Assembly (NCBI RefSeq): GCF_009914755.1
Contig: NC_060926.1
Source of the DNA: the human T2T-CHM13v2.0 reference genome, Homo sapiens
Length of the DNA: 64,000 nt
Direction: 5' to 3' (one strand)
Under the pieces are notes generated by a model that was given only the letters and a program-made list of their open reading frames with translations, made no database searches and was not told the origin of the DNA. Within the stretch, counting starts at the first letter, position 1. Every line of letters starts with the position of its first letter. Positions 1 to 12,740 of the stretch are shown here, piece by piece. Made by a program: the position numbers and the translations under genes.

Positions 1-76
1 CGGTATGAGTATTTGTTCAGAAATCACCAAACAGCACCCCCTGCCCTGCCCTGCCCTTGAGCCCCTCCCCACTGAC

Positions 77-194
77 CTCTGACATTTGCGGGAAGAGGCT
101 GATGGCCAGCGGCAGGGCCAGGCCGAAGGCTGCCAGGCACACGAGGCTTTGCACAGGGAGGAGCAGCCGGGGGCGTGCCTGCAGGAGAGCCGTC
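77..194 (-). CDS. SFXN5: SFXN5 coding exon (probably exon 13), 118 nt, (K)[39 protein letters not shown]
   Basis: Acceptor ctctctccctcacag, donor GAG|gtcagt; phase 2 in, phase 0 out; encodes a hydrophobic TM segment. Confidence 0.97.
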
Positions 195-1379
195 CTGTGA
201 GGGAGAGAGGAGGGAGCCCCATGAGACCCGAAGGTGGGGTGGGCTGGCTGCCAGCCACCATGCTGGGTCCCACTCTGTCTCTGGGCCCAGGAAGCGTGGT
301 TCCGGGGCAGTGCCAGTGTGCAGCTAAACAGATATAGCAGAGTTCTGTCTTTGGGACCTTTTCCCGATAGGTACCCCTATCCCAGCGGGTATAGACCCCT
401 ATCCCAATGTCTTGAAGGACGTTGCTGGCTGAAACCTCAATTACTCAGGTCACGAATGAGTACTTTCGGGGCACCCACCCGCCACGCGTCCAGCCCCGTG
501 CCAAGAAGGCCCTATGTGGGAGAGACACTCAAAGAGGCTGTCGGCCCCTGTTCCTGGGGAGACACATAGGGACGTAAGATCGCTCTCGAGGGCAGCACGT
601 AATTAAACAGCAAAGAAACCAGAGTAGGTGCCAAGTTCAGGGGAGATGACAAAGCACATACATATGGGCACACGCCAGCCAGGAGGGGGTGATCCTCCTC
701 TATGTGTGAGAACAGAAGACACCCCACTGGCCACCTTGTCAATTTCAACCCAAGGGCAACAGAGGGTGCAATGACTCGTCCAAGGCCAAGTCTGCAGGAG
801 GCTGTCAGAGCTGCTGCCTGGACCCCTGGCTCCCCGAGGGTGCTGTCACCCCAGCTGGTCCCCTGTGCCAGCTTCATCACCAACACAACACAGCTGGCAC
901 CCTCTTCCCATGGCTGGCTTCGGAGCTGGTTTCCTGGGCAGGGGAGGGGGCATGATAAACCTCCCTTTGGGGCCCAGGCTCCCCAGACAGCGTGGGGACA
1001 TACCAGCTGGCCAATGTGCCTGCACTGTGTTCATCGGAGCTTCCTGTTTTGCTCAATACAGCAGGCCCTTCAGCGGGGACCACAGCATTCCACCTGGGGA
1101 GGCCTGGGATGACTAGACTATTTGCCAGGGGGTGTTGGGCAGGCACTAAATCTGACCTCAGTAACTGTTAGCCTCCAAGTGACAGGCTCCTGGTGTGAAG
1201 GGGAAATAATCCAGGCTCTTATCCGCCGCCCCCAGCAGGGCTGACCATGCCACAGGCAGGTAAGGGGCCCTCCTAGGGGCAGAGCCCCAATGTGGCGGGC
1301 AGTAAACCCCATATACTGTCACCTCTTGAGACAAGAATCCCAACAGCAACTGGCCCTGAGAAGACAGCAAAATTGGGAG

Positions 1380-1558
1380 TAGTTTTCAAAAGTTAAAGTG
1401 CATCAGCTGGACTGGGCAACTGGTTAAAAATGCAAATGCCCAAGGGTTGCTTACAACCATGAAAGCCTGATTCAGTGGGCACTGGACCTGGAAATGTGCA
1501 TTTTAACCCTCCATGAGTCTAAAATGGTGATCCCAGACCACACTTCTGATAAACCCTG
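1380..1558. mobile_element. MER5-like hAT-Charlie MITE fragment
   Basis: Contains 'ttaaaaatgcaaatgcc...tgattcagtggg...tgcattttaac...gaccacactt...aaaccctg', typical MER5A/B blocks (from recall). Confidence 0.6.
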
Positions 1559-3863
1559 GCCCTGGATGTTCCTGCTCAGGTATTAATAAAGATCCCATTA
1601 CTTGCAAATCCTATGCAAGTAAAAGGGTGAGCCCTGGCCTGGCACACAGTAAGTGCTCAGAAATTATGTGTCATTATTGCTGTTGTTATTGCTCATGTTA
1701 CCTGCGGGAAGGTAGGATCCTGGTAGCCCACCTGTCTTCCAGTCCTTCCCACAGGCCCAGACCGCAAGGTTTGTCCAGCTGCTAAATCCGGCCTGAATTA
1801 AGCTATTGGAAAGGGGAGTTTCCACAGGATTGAGCAGTAGGACCAAGGTGCCTAAATCAAGCCCAAACCCCTCTGATCCTCCAATCCCCATCCAGCACCC
1901 CCACCCTCTCTCTCTACTCCATGCTAGCCCATGCCCGCCTGGACTTCCTTAGGGGTCGTGGAGGGGCTGGGAGTAAGGCTGAGAGGGCCCTGAGATGAAC
2001 TTCTCAAGCAAGATGAGGAGCGGGGGATACAAGGCTCATTCTCCAAGCTTCATACAGAGTCTGGAGGCCCTGCTTGGAGGAGGCTGTGGAAGGACGGGGC
2101 TGCCCTCCTGTTCCAGTGGCAGTGACTAGAGGGTGTGGAGTCCCTGGAAGCACAGCCCCGAGGGTCCCTGCCCACAGCCCTGAGAGCAGTGAAGGGTGAG
2201 AAAAAGAAAGAGAGACGCTACCCCCGGCAAGTGAAGAGCAGGCCATGGGCTCAGTCCTTGGGACCTGCTGGTGGGGACACTAGACAGACCCCCTTTCTGT
2301 GGGGCTGTGACCAAGGCTCCTCTCTCAGGGTGGCTGGCTGAAGTACTCAGTGGGAAAGAGGTCCAAGAAGTCTGAGGCCTGGGCTCCCAGCTCAGGAAGG
2401 AGTCAGGCCTGAGGCTGAAACAGGAGCCTCGGAAGCCCCAGCCCAGAGCAGGCCTGAGAGCGAACACAGTAGGACAGGGGGAAGGGAGGGGGGAGGAAAA
2501 TGGCAAGGAGGGAAGGGAAAGGCAGCTGGGGGAGTTAAAATATGTAGATGGAGAGATGTGCGAATGCCTGGGAGAAAGGAAAGACCTGGAGCCCAGGGAG
2601 TAAAGGAAGCTGGGGGAGCGGACTCAGGGCTGTGGCCTGGGCCCGGAGCCAACTCAGACCCAGCCTGGTGCCCCTGCTGGCCCTTCATTCCAGTGCCAGG
2701 GAGGCTGGGCTGGGGCTGAGCCAGCTAGAGCCCTCCTGATCCAGCACAGGAACCTGTGATCCCACCCCTGGGCCTAGCTTCCTCCTCAGCATGGTTGGTG
2801 CTGCAGGGAGGGTGTCAAGTGTGAACCCCTGGAGCATTCAGGGGAGCTGGAGGGTGGTGGAGAGGGAAGGATGGCACCCAGTGGACTGCACCCCCCAGAG
2901 GCAGCCCAGTGCGCTGGACTGGGGATGGACGCTCCTCTGCTTCTGACTTGAGATTCTTTTCCTTTCCGTCTCAGAGTCAAGGCCAACTGAGCATGCTGAG
3001 CTCCCACCTTTCTCTTCCCAGTAGGAAGCCCAGGGACCTTGGCTCTGAAAGTATCAACCGAGGCCAGAGGCGAAGCAAGGCAGGTCCCAGCCATGGCCGC
3101 CACACCACAGCTTGTCCCCCTCATTGCTGTGCATTCCTTCAGCACTTGGAGCGCAGTTTTAGTTTGCACTCCGTTAATTTGTAAGTGTTCTTTTGTCTTT
3201 TTTCCTTGGCTGTCCTGACTCCCTCACCCAACAGGGGCTCCCCAAGGGTGGGGGCTGCCTTCCTTGTCAGCCTCCTCAGCGGAAGCCCTGCACTAGTGCC
3301 CCTGCACCCAAAGGCTATAGGGTGCGTGGCACGGACCCTGCAAAGAGCAAAAGAGCTGCTGGATGGTGCAAAATGCAAAGCCCCAACAAACAAGGTGATG
3401 AAGGGGCAGTGTCCTCATTTTCCAGGTGGGAAACTGAGGCTGAGGGAGGCTCCACAGCCACATCAGACTGGCAGAAAGAGGTGGAGCAGGAACCTAGATT
3501 TTGTTTTCCTACCAGAGCCTCAGCTCACTCTGCTACACTGCCCTGCCTCCCTACCACACAGTCCTGCACTTCCAGAGTACATGTGAGATTAGCAAGCCTT
3601 CAAGGCACAAACTGGGTCTTATTCATCTTCATCTTCCTGGGGGAACCCGGGCTGAACTTTTCTTCTCCCCAGGGACCCTCCAAAGAACTTCAGGGAAGGA
3701 CCAGTGAAACATGAGGCTGCCAGGAGCACCAAACTCTGACCTCTCATCACCTTATCAGAGGGGCTCCTTTGGAGCCTGAGATGTGAGAGTATGTGGCACC
3801 CAGACACTAGGCAGGTCCCAGGCTGGACGGGTTCAGTCCCAGAATAATCAACCCACTTGCCAT

Positions 3864-4662
3864 GGATACGGAAGGGGGGAAGGGAAGGGCACGGTCTCTG
3901 GCTAGGGCTCCACCCCCAGGCCTGTGCCCACGGACCTAAGTGAGGACAGGCATTTTTGTTTTCCTGCCCAAATGTTGCATTTCCCAAGACCACCCTGGCC
4001 TGCCACACCCCCTGATCCTGTACCTAAAAATCCCTGAGACCCTAGCAGGCAAACACACAGGCAGCTGGACATCCAGAGGAGCACATCAGTGGAGGAACAC
4101 ACAAGCGGCTGGACAGCAAGAGGACGTTGAGGGGAGCACGCTGGCGGAAGGGCACATTGACAGACGCCGGCAGGCCACCCACGGGCAGAATGATGCGGAG
4201 TTTGGCTGGGGCAGTCGGAGGAGAGCCTGGGCCACCAAGCAGCCCGACTCCAGAGGAAAACCAATCTCCCTTCTGGCTCCCCTATCTGCTGAGAGCTACT
4301 TCCACTCAATGAAACCTTGCACTCATTCTCCAAGCCCACGTGTGATCCGATTCTTCCAGTACACCAAGGCAAGAACCCCGGGATACAGAAAGCCCTCTGT
4401 CCTCGCGATAAGGCAGGGGTCTAACTGAGCTGACTAATACAAGCCACCTATGGATGGCTAAACTAAAAAAGTACCCTGTAACATACACCCACTGGGGCAT
4501 CAGCTATAAACATTCACCCCTAGACACTGCCGTGGGGTCGGAGCCCCACAGCCTGCCCATCTGTATGCTCCCCTAGAGGTTTGAGCGGCAGAGCCCGGAA
4601 GAAGCAAGCCACATCCCCATCGCACTCCCTTTGAGGGGGACAAGGAAACTTTTCCTGTTTCA
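3864..4662 (+). mobile_element. Solo ERV1 LTR, LTR1 family (HUERS-P2 related)
   Basis: Starts (G)GATACGGAAGGGGG...GGCTAGGGCTCCACCCC and ends ...GGAAACTTTTCCTGTTTCA; flanked by a CCAT(G) direct repeat (3860-3863 and 4663-4666). Confidence 0.8.
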
Positions 4663-4786
4663 CCATGACTCCCAAAGCCAAGTTTAAGCCCCCAAGTTAA
4701 TGGGACACTAACCATCATTCCACTTTCTGCAAACATCTCTGCCAACTGGGAAGGCATCACAGAGCATGTTTTTCCCCAGCAAATTC

Positions 4787-5260
4787 TTGCAGGACAGGTC
4801 CCTGGATGAGCATGGCTGACCCAGCTTCACACCCCGCCCCCCGCCTTCTTGTAGTTCTCAGGATAGCTGTAGGATGTGTTGGGAATGCAACATCTTGAGA
4901 TAAGGAGGGCCTGTCTGAGACAGCCTGGGCTCATGTTCCTACCTCTTCTGGAACAGGATGTCCTGCAACACTTTAGCACAGTAAGCTGATGTCCCCCAGG
5001 GTGGAAACCCCAGGGTGGAGCGCTCCCAGGCTCCCTCAGTTGCAGTGTGATGTGGTACGTGGGTGGACGAGACTCCATCCTCCCTGGGCAGCTTTCTCGA
5101 GCCATGGGGCACCAGCTTGCCTTGAGTGGTAGGCGTCCATTGTCCCCGAGGCCTATCTGTGAGTAATAAAGTTGCTTCGCTTGACTTGTGCGAGTGTTCT
5201 ACCTCACTGGACTTGTGGTACAAGTAACAGAGTAAGCACTGCTCACTGAACCAGCTTCAG
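4787..5260 (+). mobile_element. ERVL solo LTR, LTR47-like
   Basis: 'cttgtagttctcaggatagctgtaggatgtgttgggaatgcaacatcttgagataagg...gagactccatcc...cctatctgtgagtAATAAA' matches the recalled LTR47 consensus. Confidence 0.7.
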
Positions 5261-5959
5261 AATTCCAAGGTTCAAGACTCAGCAATCTCAAGGACAGAAG
5301 AACCACCTTCCTCACCTGCCCCGCTTGCTCCCTGTGTGTACTTGCAGTCACTGGTATTCAGGGACAACCTCAGTTCACGAAGGGGCTACGTATACGAGAG
5401 TCAGGGGCACAAAAGAGCCTGCCCTGTTTATTTTTGTCTGTTGCAAACTTCCATACCATACGCATTTTCTTAATCCCAGTGCTCACCATGCCATGCCCAT
5501 GCTCAGGTACCCCCAGAGCCTCCGCCCTCTTCTAGGGTGAGAGAGGGCTCACCTCAGCTGGGCACACAGGACCCCTCATCAGCTGGACCCATGAGCGCAC
5601 TTCACTTTGACCAGGCTGGACACCTCAGTGTCTATACCACAGGCCTGCACCCTGCCCAGAAAGCCCGCCTTTCCACAAAAATTCTATCCTGCTCTCTGGG
5701 TCGGCCGCAGCCCCTCTCTGGGTACCAGCCCTTCTTGCTGCCAGGCCCACAGTGCTTCCTCTTCTCAAGGTCACCTTGGCCAAGTTCACACACTGCCTGC
5801 TCTCACCTGCAGCTGACCTGGGTACGGGTCTTGCCCACCACCCTTATAAACACACAGGCTTCCTGAGATCAGACCCCAAATCTACTCTTCCCATTTCCAC
5901 ACAGGGCAGGACTCAAACACAGGCTGATTGAGGGTTATGACCTGAATATGCAAGAGGCA

Positions 5960-6146
5960 GCCAGTGTAGCTTGAAGAGACTAAGCTTTGCAGCCGCACTC
6001 CTGAGCCACCGCTGGCTCTGCTATTTCCTAGTACATGACCGTAAGTGGATGACATAGCCTGTCTTTGCCTTCCTCTCCTCAGCTGTAGAATGAGGATATT
6101 ATACTTACCTTATTATGCTGTCCTGAAGGTGAAATGAGAGAATGCA
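5960..6146 (+). mobile_element. MIR SINE
   Basis: MIR core-like 'ctcctcagctgtagaatgaggatattatacttacct...gaaggtgaaatgagagaatgca'. Confidence 0.65.
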
Positions 6147-6480
6147 TTCACTCACTCATTCATCCTTTCAACAAACACTTACTGAGCATCTATTGTGTGG
6201 CAGGAACTGTGCTAGATGCTGGGCAGGGCAGTGAACAAAAGGATGGACGTGCCTCATGGAGATGACATTCTAGTAGAGCAGACAGAAAGTACACAACTAG
6301 AGGAACAATCTCAGATATGGATAAGGGCCGTAAGAAAAATAAAGGACTTCAAGGGAGAGGAAATAATGAGAAATGGTGAATTCTGATGGGGTGGTCAGGG
6401 AGGGCCTCTTTGAGGGGGTGGCATTCGGGCAGAGGCCTGACTGAGAGAGGACTGGGATACACAAGTGCTTAATAAATGTC
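6147..6480 (-). mobile_element. L2 3' end
   Basis: 'ttcactcactcattcat..caacaaacacttactgagcatctattgtgtggcaggaactgtgctagatgctggg' is the reverse complement of the L2 tail. Confidence 0.7.
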
Positions 6481-7063
6481 GCTTGTTATTATAATTCATA
6501 CTGCGGGAATAAGAAAGTCCCCAAACAGGGAAGAATCCTTTGCCCCAGAACCCCAGATGGAGTAACCCCATCCCTGTCCTTATACCACACGCCCCCAATT
6601 CCAGCTGCTGTCTTGAGGTGTCCCCATAGGGTAGGGTCTCCTCACTGTCAACTGACAAGCCAGGGGTCTGTAACTCCAGGCCCCCTCCACCTAGGGGACC
6701 CTCCCCTGCCCCCTGCCTTCTCCCAGGGCCCGCCCTCTCTGCGCAGCCTTTCCTTCCAGCGGAGTTTCAGTCCGCCCCTTCAGTTTCGCACTCATTCATT
6801 AATAGAATCACTCCACTACTGTTACTATGCTCCCTCATTTCTTCACAGTCATGACAGATATGAGTGCTTAGAACATCCCTCTGAGGGAGGCAGGAGGCTA
6901 TTACTATTTGTATTTTACGAGCAGAGAAACTGAGGCTCAGTAAGGTGGTGATTTGCCCCACAGCAGATGCCTACCCAAATCTAGTCTTCCTACCTGAATC
7001 CTCAGACTCTGCCTTCACAAATGGTCCTGTACATACTATTCACTGAGAGCATGTGAGCACACA

Positions 7064-7068
<5 letters not shown>

Positions 7069-7117
<49 letters not shown>
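7069..7117 (+). repeat. (CA)n microsatellite, about 24 units; reads (UG)n in the pre-mRNA
   Basis: Read directly from the sequence. Confidence 0.98.
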
Positions 7118-7118
<1 letters not shown>

Positions 7119-7395
7119 CTGCCAGCTCCTCAGGGGAGGGCCAGCACTGTTATCCTGGTATCCCTCGTGGCACCTAGCCCAGGGTCCTGCATAGTAAAAG
7201 TCCAAGAATTCTCACAGAGTGATTCTGTGGCACTACCTGGAAAGTCCAAGATGGAGCAAGACACCTTCCACCCTCTACACAAACTGGGGTGGGCTTCCTG
7301 CCACCCCCTCATCTCTTGCCTGGGCCAGCCGGTTCCCCCTCCCTCTCCCCCTCCTCCCCCATGGTGGCCTCTCCATCCTGGCTGCCCCAACTCAC

Positions 7396-7481
7396 TTCTC
7401 CAGCATGGACATGACGATCGGGGGTAGCACCAGGATGGGCATGGGCAGGACCACTCGCGTCAGCGCCGTCTCCAGCAGGGC
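7396..7481 (-). CDS. SFXN5: SFXN5 coding exon (probably exon 12), 86 nt, [28 protein letters not shown](K)
   Basis: Acceptor ctgcccctcag, donor GAA|gtgagt; matches the end of ORF 7392..7628. Confidence 0.97.
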
Positions 7482-7528
7482 CTGAGGGGCAGGCAGAAGC
7501 TGTGTGAGAGGGGCCTGACAGCTGGTGA

Positions 7529-8050
<522 letters not shown>

Positions 8051-8231
8051 TTCCAGTGTTCTTCTTACCACACACATTTGAGAAGAGCAGATTCCCATCA
8101 CCTGCCACACGTGGGGAACACTCAGGCAGCCCCAGGAAGGGGCAGTGCTCAGGGAGGTGGCTGACTACCTCGGGGGTGGTGGGCACAACCTCCCATACTC
8201 AGTGTGCACAGGGGCTGGGGAGCAGCTCTAA

Positions 8232-8638
<407 letters not shown>

Positions 8639-9637
8639 TACTTTTTTTTTTTTTTTTTAACATCTCTTAAAGACAAAGATTTGCAAGATCTTGTGTCTCT
8701 TGGCTCTGGATGAGTCTTTCTCAGTGACAAGAAGTTGGTTCTGTAAGGGAAGCATGCTTCAGCTGGGTGTCTGCAGGGTTTCCCTCGGGGTCTGCTTGGG
8801 GCCTTGCTCCAGGGCCTCCCAAGGGATTCCTGGGGTGGGAGTGTCCTTGCCAGAACACAGCTCAGTGGCAATTCTGAGCTCCGACAGCCACTGTGGTAAG
8901 TTCCTTTAGCCCCACGAGCTTCAGCCCTCAGAGGAGGCTCCAGGAGCAGCTCACAGCCCACAGATGCCTGGAGTCCTTCCCCGGACAGCAAAGACCTAAG
9001 CAAGCCAGGCTGAAGGAAGCCAGGGGCCACTTGGGTTTCCTTGCTGTGTGACACTGACAGGAGTTATCATGGCATGGCTGTCCTCCCTCAGGGGGGCTGG
9101 GGAAAAGAACAGGGCTGGAATGGGAGGTTGGGGACAGGTAGGAAACTGAGACTAAATCCCCTCTCATGATGGGCTCAGGGCTGAACATTTCTCCCAGGAA
9201 CCTGGGCTCTTCATGGTCAGCCTCAGGAAGGCCTGGGAGAGGCCCCTCCAGTCTCTGGAACAGGTATGGGAATGACAGGAGGGTCCAGTGCCAGTGCAGG
9301 GAGCAGAGGATGCAATGTCGGCATGACACCCCCAGCCCCTTGCCCTAAAAACCTTGGAGGGGCACTGACTTGGAGAGAGCTCTTCCCAGACTAAAGTCTG
9401 ATTGAGAAGACCTCATGACTGGGGTAAGGCTTGGGGGCCCTGGTGGGAGCTGATAAGGACAGTGGCTGGAGCAGGGATGCATGCTCCACTACTTCACGGC
9501 TCCCCCCCAGCACCCATCCTACCCCATGCCCAGCACAGAGGCCAGAGACCAGGGGGCAGCAAGACGAGCCACTAACCACCATCAGGACAAAGGCTGGGAA
9601 AGCAGAGGGAGATGTACACATGGACTCATGGACTGCG

Positions 9638-9931
9638 TTTTTTTTTTTTGAGACGGAGTTTCGCTGTTTCACCCAGGCTGGAGTGCAGTGATGTGATCTC
9701 GGCTCACTGCAACTTCTACCCCCCGGATTCAAGCAATTCTCCTGCCTATGCCTCCTGAGTAGCTGGGATTTTAGGTGCCCGCCACCACGCCTGGCTAATT
9801 TTTGCATTTTTAGTAGAGACGGGGTTTTGCCATGTTGGCCAGGCTGGTCTCGAACTCCTGAACTCAGGCGATCCACCCACTTTGGCCTCCCAAAGTGCTA
9901 GAATTACAGGCGTGAGCTACTGTGACCAGCC
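9638..9931 (-). mobile_element. AluS
   Basis: Full Alu in reverse complement; TSD-like ctg(c/t)gtttt. Confidence 0.95.
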
Positions 9932-10513
9932 TGTGTTTTCATTTTTTAAACTGCAATTGCTAGAGTGGCTGAGCCTATGAAACCAGTGGCGAAAGAAGGT
10001 CTTGTAACAAAATATTCTCCAAACCTCTGCAAGCCTCAAATCCCTTGACCTCACGGCACTCACTCCCTGGTGAGCTCTCACCTGCAGAAGTGCCTATTAA
10101 CCCAGAACCACAAACCACTGGCCTCCCAGGCTTCCTCGGCTTACCCAAGAGGATGTGAAGGCCCGGGAGGTAGGGCCCGGGCAGAGGCAAGGGGAAGAGA
10201 GCTCTGAGGGAGTCTCCTCTGCCCTCACCAATTAACACCTCCTCTGGGTGAGACAAGCAAGAAGCTGGGTCCTGAGGGGCTGCGATAAGAGACAGGAACT
10301 TTTCACAGCAGTGAGACCATGTCCAGGGGAACATGCGGGAGGCCAGAGGCCCAGACTCATGCAGATTGGAGGTGGGGGTGGGGTGAGGAGGAGACATCAA
10401 GATGCCAAAATAAGGGTACCCTGGATAGAAGCCTGTGGAAGACACACGCTAAAGGAAAACCACTCCCCTCCCCTGTTGCTGGCCTCCCCAACCCTGCGAA
10501 CCCCCAGACCCAC

Positions 10514-10629
10514 GTGTCGGGCTGCGATCTTGGAGGAGCCCACGAGGTTGCCATCGCTGTCCAGGACATCAATCCCTTCCTCCAGCTCCCCGTACCGCAT
10601 CAGGACCACATTGCAGATATTGGCACTGG
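10514..10629 (-). CDS. SFXN5: SFXN5 coding exon (probably exon 11), 116 nt, (A)[38 protein letters not shown]
   Basis: Acceptor cccctctctctgcag, donor CAC|gtgggt; sideroflexin MRxxEL..GI motif; overlaps ORF 10397..10609. Confidence 0.97.
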
Positions 10630-12271
10630 CTGCAGAGAGAGGGGATGCAGAGAGCAGGATGAGGAGGAAGATGGCATTCCACCTGGAGGGAGGTCACTAC
10701 ACTCCTTCCTACGCAAGCCTTGGGGTTCTGTGTTCAAATGCATGGGCAAAGGTTAGGGAAGGGGTGGTTCTGTTGTCCATCTGCCTATCAGCCTGGTGAG
10801 GGATCTGGGGGCCCTTGGGAACCTGGTAAGTGAAAGTGGAAAAGAACAGGTATCAGGGAGGACACCCGTTCTGGCCTCAGAGAGCGGCCACTTACCGAGG
10901 GGCTGCTTTCCTCTCCTCCAGGGCAAGCCCACTAGGCAGGCAAAGTGGGTGTCCATCTGGGAGGGCTCTCTGACCTGAAGTCGCATCCCCCCTGACCCCG
11001 AGGCCTGATGTTCCACCATCACTGGGGCCCTTGCGCTGCCCTATCCTCTTAAACTGTCGGTCCAACATCCAGCCCCTCCTGTCTCTGAGCAAATCAAGTT
11101 CCCAGAAATTTGCCTCCCTGACAGCAGGTGCCAGAGAGGCAGAAACCTCAGTGTTCACCCAGCACCACCCCCTCATCATATGGATGGAAGACTGAGGCTC
11201 AGAGAAGAGGAGTGACTTATCTGAGGTCACACAGCAGAGTGGGACAGAGCAGAAAGGCTACAGTGCCTCTGCCTCTGAATACTCAGGGGGCAAGAGGGTT
11301 GGGGCAGGAGCAGCGGGCTGAGTTAAGGGCAGACCTTCTCCATTCTTGCTTCCTATGGCTGAGTGCCTGCCTTTGGCTAGGCCCCTCTGCCATCTGAGAT
11401 CTTGGGAACCTGGGCTAAGGGGAGGGTTCCCGGATCCTTAGTGAAGCACTGGTTGTTGAAGTCTGGGGCCACCCATTAGCTGGCAACTAGCTCAGGGATC
11501 CTCTTTCTGCTCCCCCATCCTGGGACTCACATGACTGGGCCAGGCCCCGTGGCCCAGTGCAGTGTGGGTGTTGACCCCGCCTGAACTCTCCCAGCCCCGC
11601 TGCAGGATGGAAGTGGGGGGACCTGGGAGGGGTGGGCAGGTGGGGAGTGGGGGGTGACAAATGCAGAGTCTGCCTGCTTCACTCCTCCCCCCAAAGCGCC
11701 TTGCTGTGTTTAAAGTTTTAATTTTTGCTAATTAATGTCAATTAATTTTGTATAATGAGTGTTTAATTTTGGGGAGTGTGTGAGCCTGGGAGCGACTGCA
11801 GTTCTGGGCTGTGAACGCTGATTAGCATCAACACCTGCTGCTTCCCCCTCCTTCCAGTGGGGGGGGCCACCAGGGTTTGGGGAGCTGGAGGGTGGCGGGG
11901 CCTAGTGGGCAGGCGGAGTGGGAGGGAGACCACAGATGCTCCTGGGGCCTGAGCCAACGAGTGGTCCAGGGTGCTCACAGCTGGGGCACAGGGTTCTGTG
12001 GGTGAGGTGTGGCTTGAGACCCCTGGGGCCTCAGTCGCCTGTTTCATTAAAATGGGGAGGTGGAATAAACAGGGGAAGACCGAGAGACTCTGCAGTCTTT
12101 GGAGAAGAAAAGCAGGAGGCCAAATACAGTTCTAAAATGTATTTAGAGCACACACACCATCTTCGAGCATCTCTCCTGCTTCCACCGACGCTCAGTGCAG
12201 TGGAAACCATGGGCAGTCCCTCTGTGTCCCGGGCTCTCCTGCCCCACAACAGGCATGCTCACCTGCCCTAA

Positions 12272-12488
12272 ACAGCCGCTCTCTGCCAGGGGCGGTTCTG
12301 TGGGGCATTTGGCCATGTTTGAGGGCATTTTCAGTGATTGTGATCTAGGGGTCAGGGGTTGCTGCAGGCATCTGGTGGATAGAGGCCAGAGGTGCTGCTA
12401 AACATCTCGCAAGGCACAGGACAGTCCCCCCACCAAAGGATCATCTGGCCCCCAAATATGTCAACATTGCTGACACTGAGAAACCCTT
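12272..12488. mobile_element. MER20 hAT-Charlie MITE
   Basis: 'ggggcatttggccatgttt...ggcatctggtggatagaggccagaggtgctgctaaacatc...cacaggacagtcccccaccaaag...tgagaaaccc' follows the MER20 pattern. Confidence 0.85.
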
Positions 12489-12726
12489 GTTTTCACCACA
12501 GTCAGTGACAGACAGAATTAGGAAGCTGAATCCAAGGTAAAGGAGATCTGGTTAGCAGGGCATGACCAGGAGGGGATGGGAGCCTGGGTTTGGGGCCATC
12601 GGGCTTGGGTTCCAATTCTGGCTCCATATCTCTCCCGCCTCAGCCCCAGGCGCCCAGGGCTCAGGGCCCAGAAGGGTCCCCCAGGGTAGCCTTGGGAAGC
12701 AGCCACCTGGCCTCTGTGTTAGTGAC

Positions 12727-12740
12727 ATGCCCTCTAGTGG
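12727..12740 (-). promoter_or_regulatory. Candidate CTCF site (reverse orientation)
   Basis: Minus strand GG-CCACTAGAGGGCAT is a 13/14 match to CCASYAGRKGGCRS, with TGCATAGCC upstream resembling the U motif. Confidence 0.6.

Noticed and set aside
10630-10684. Upstream alternative acceptor (cctccctccag) for the 116-nt exon
   Set aside because: Would add 53 nt and shift the frame; nothing beyond an ordinary AG supports it.
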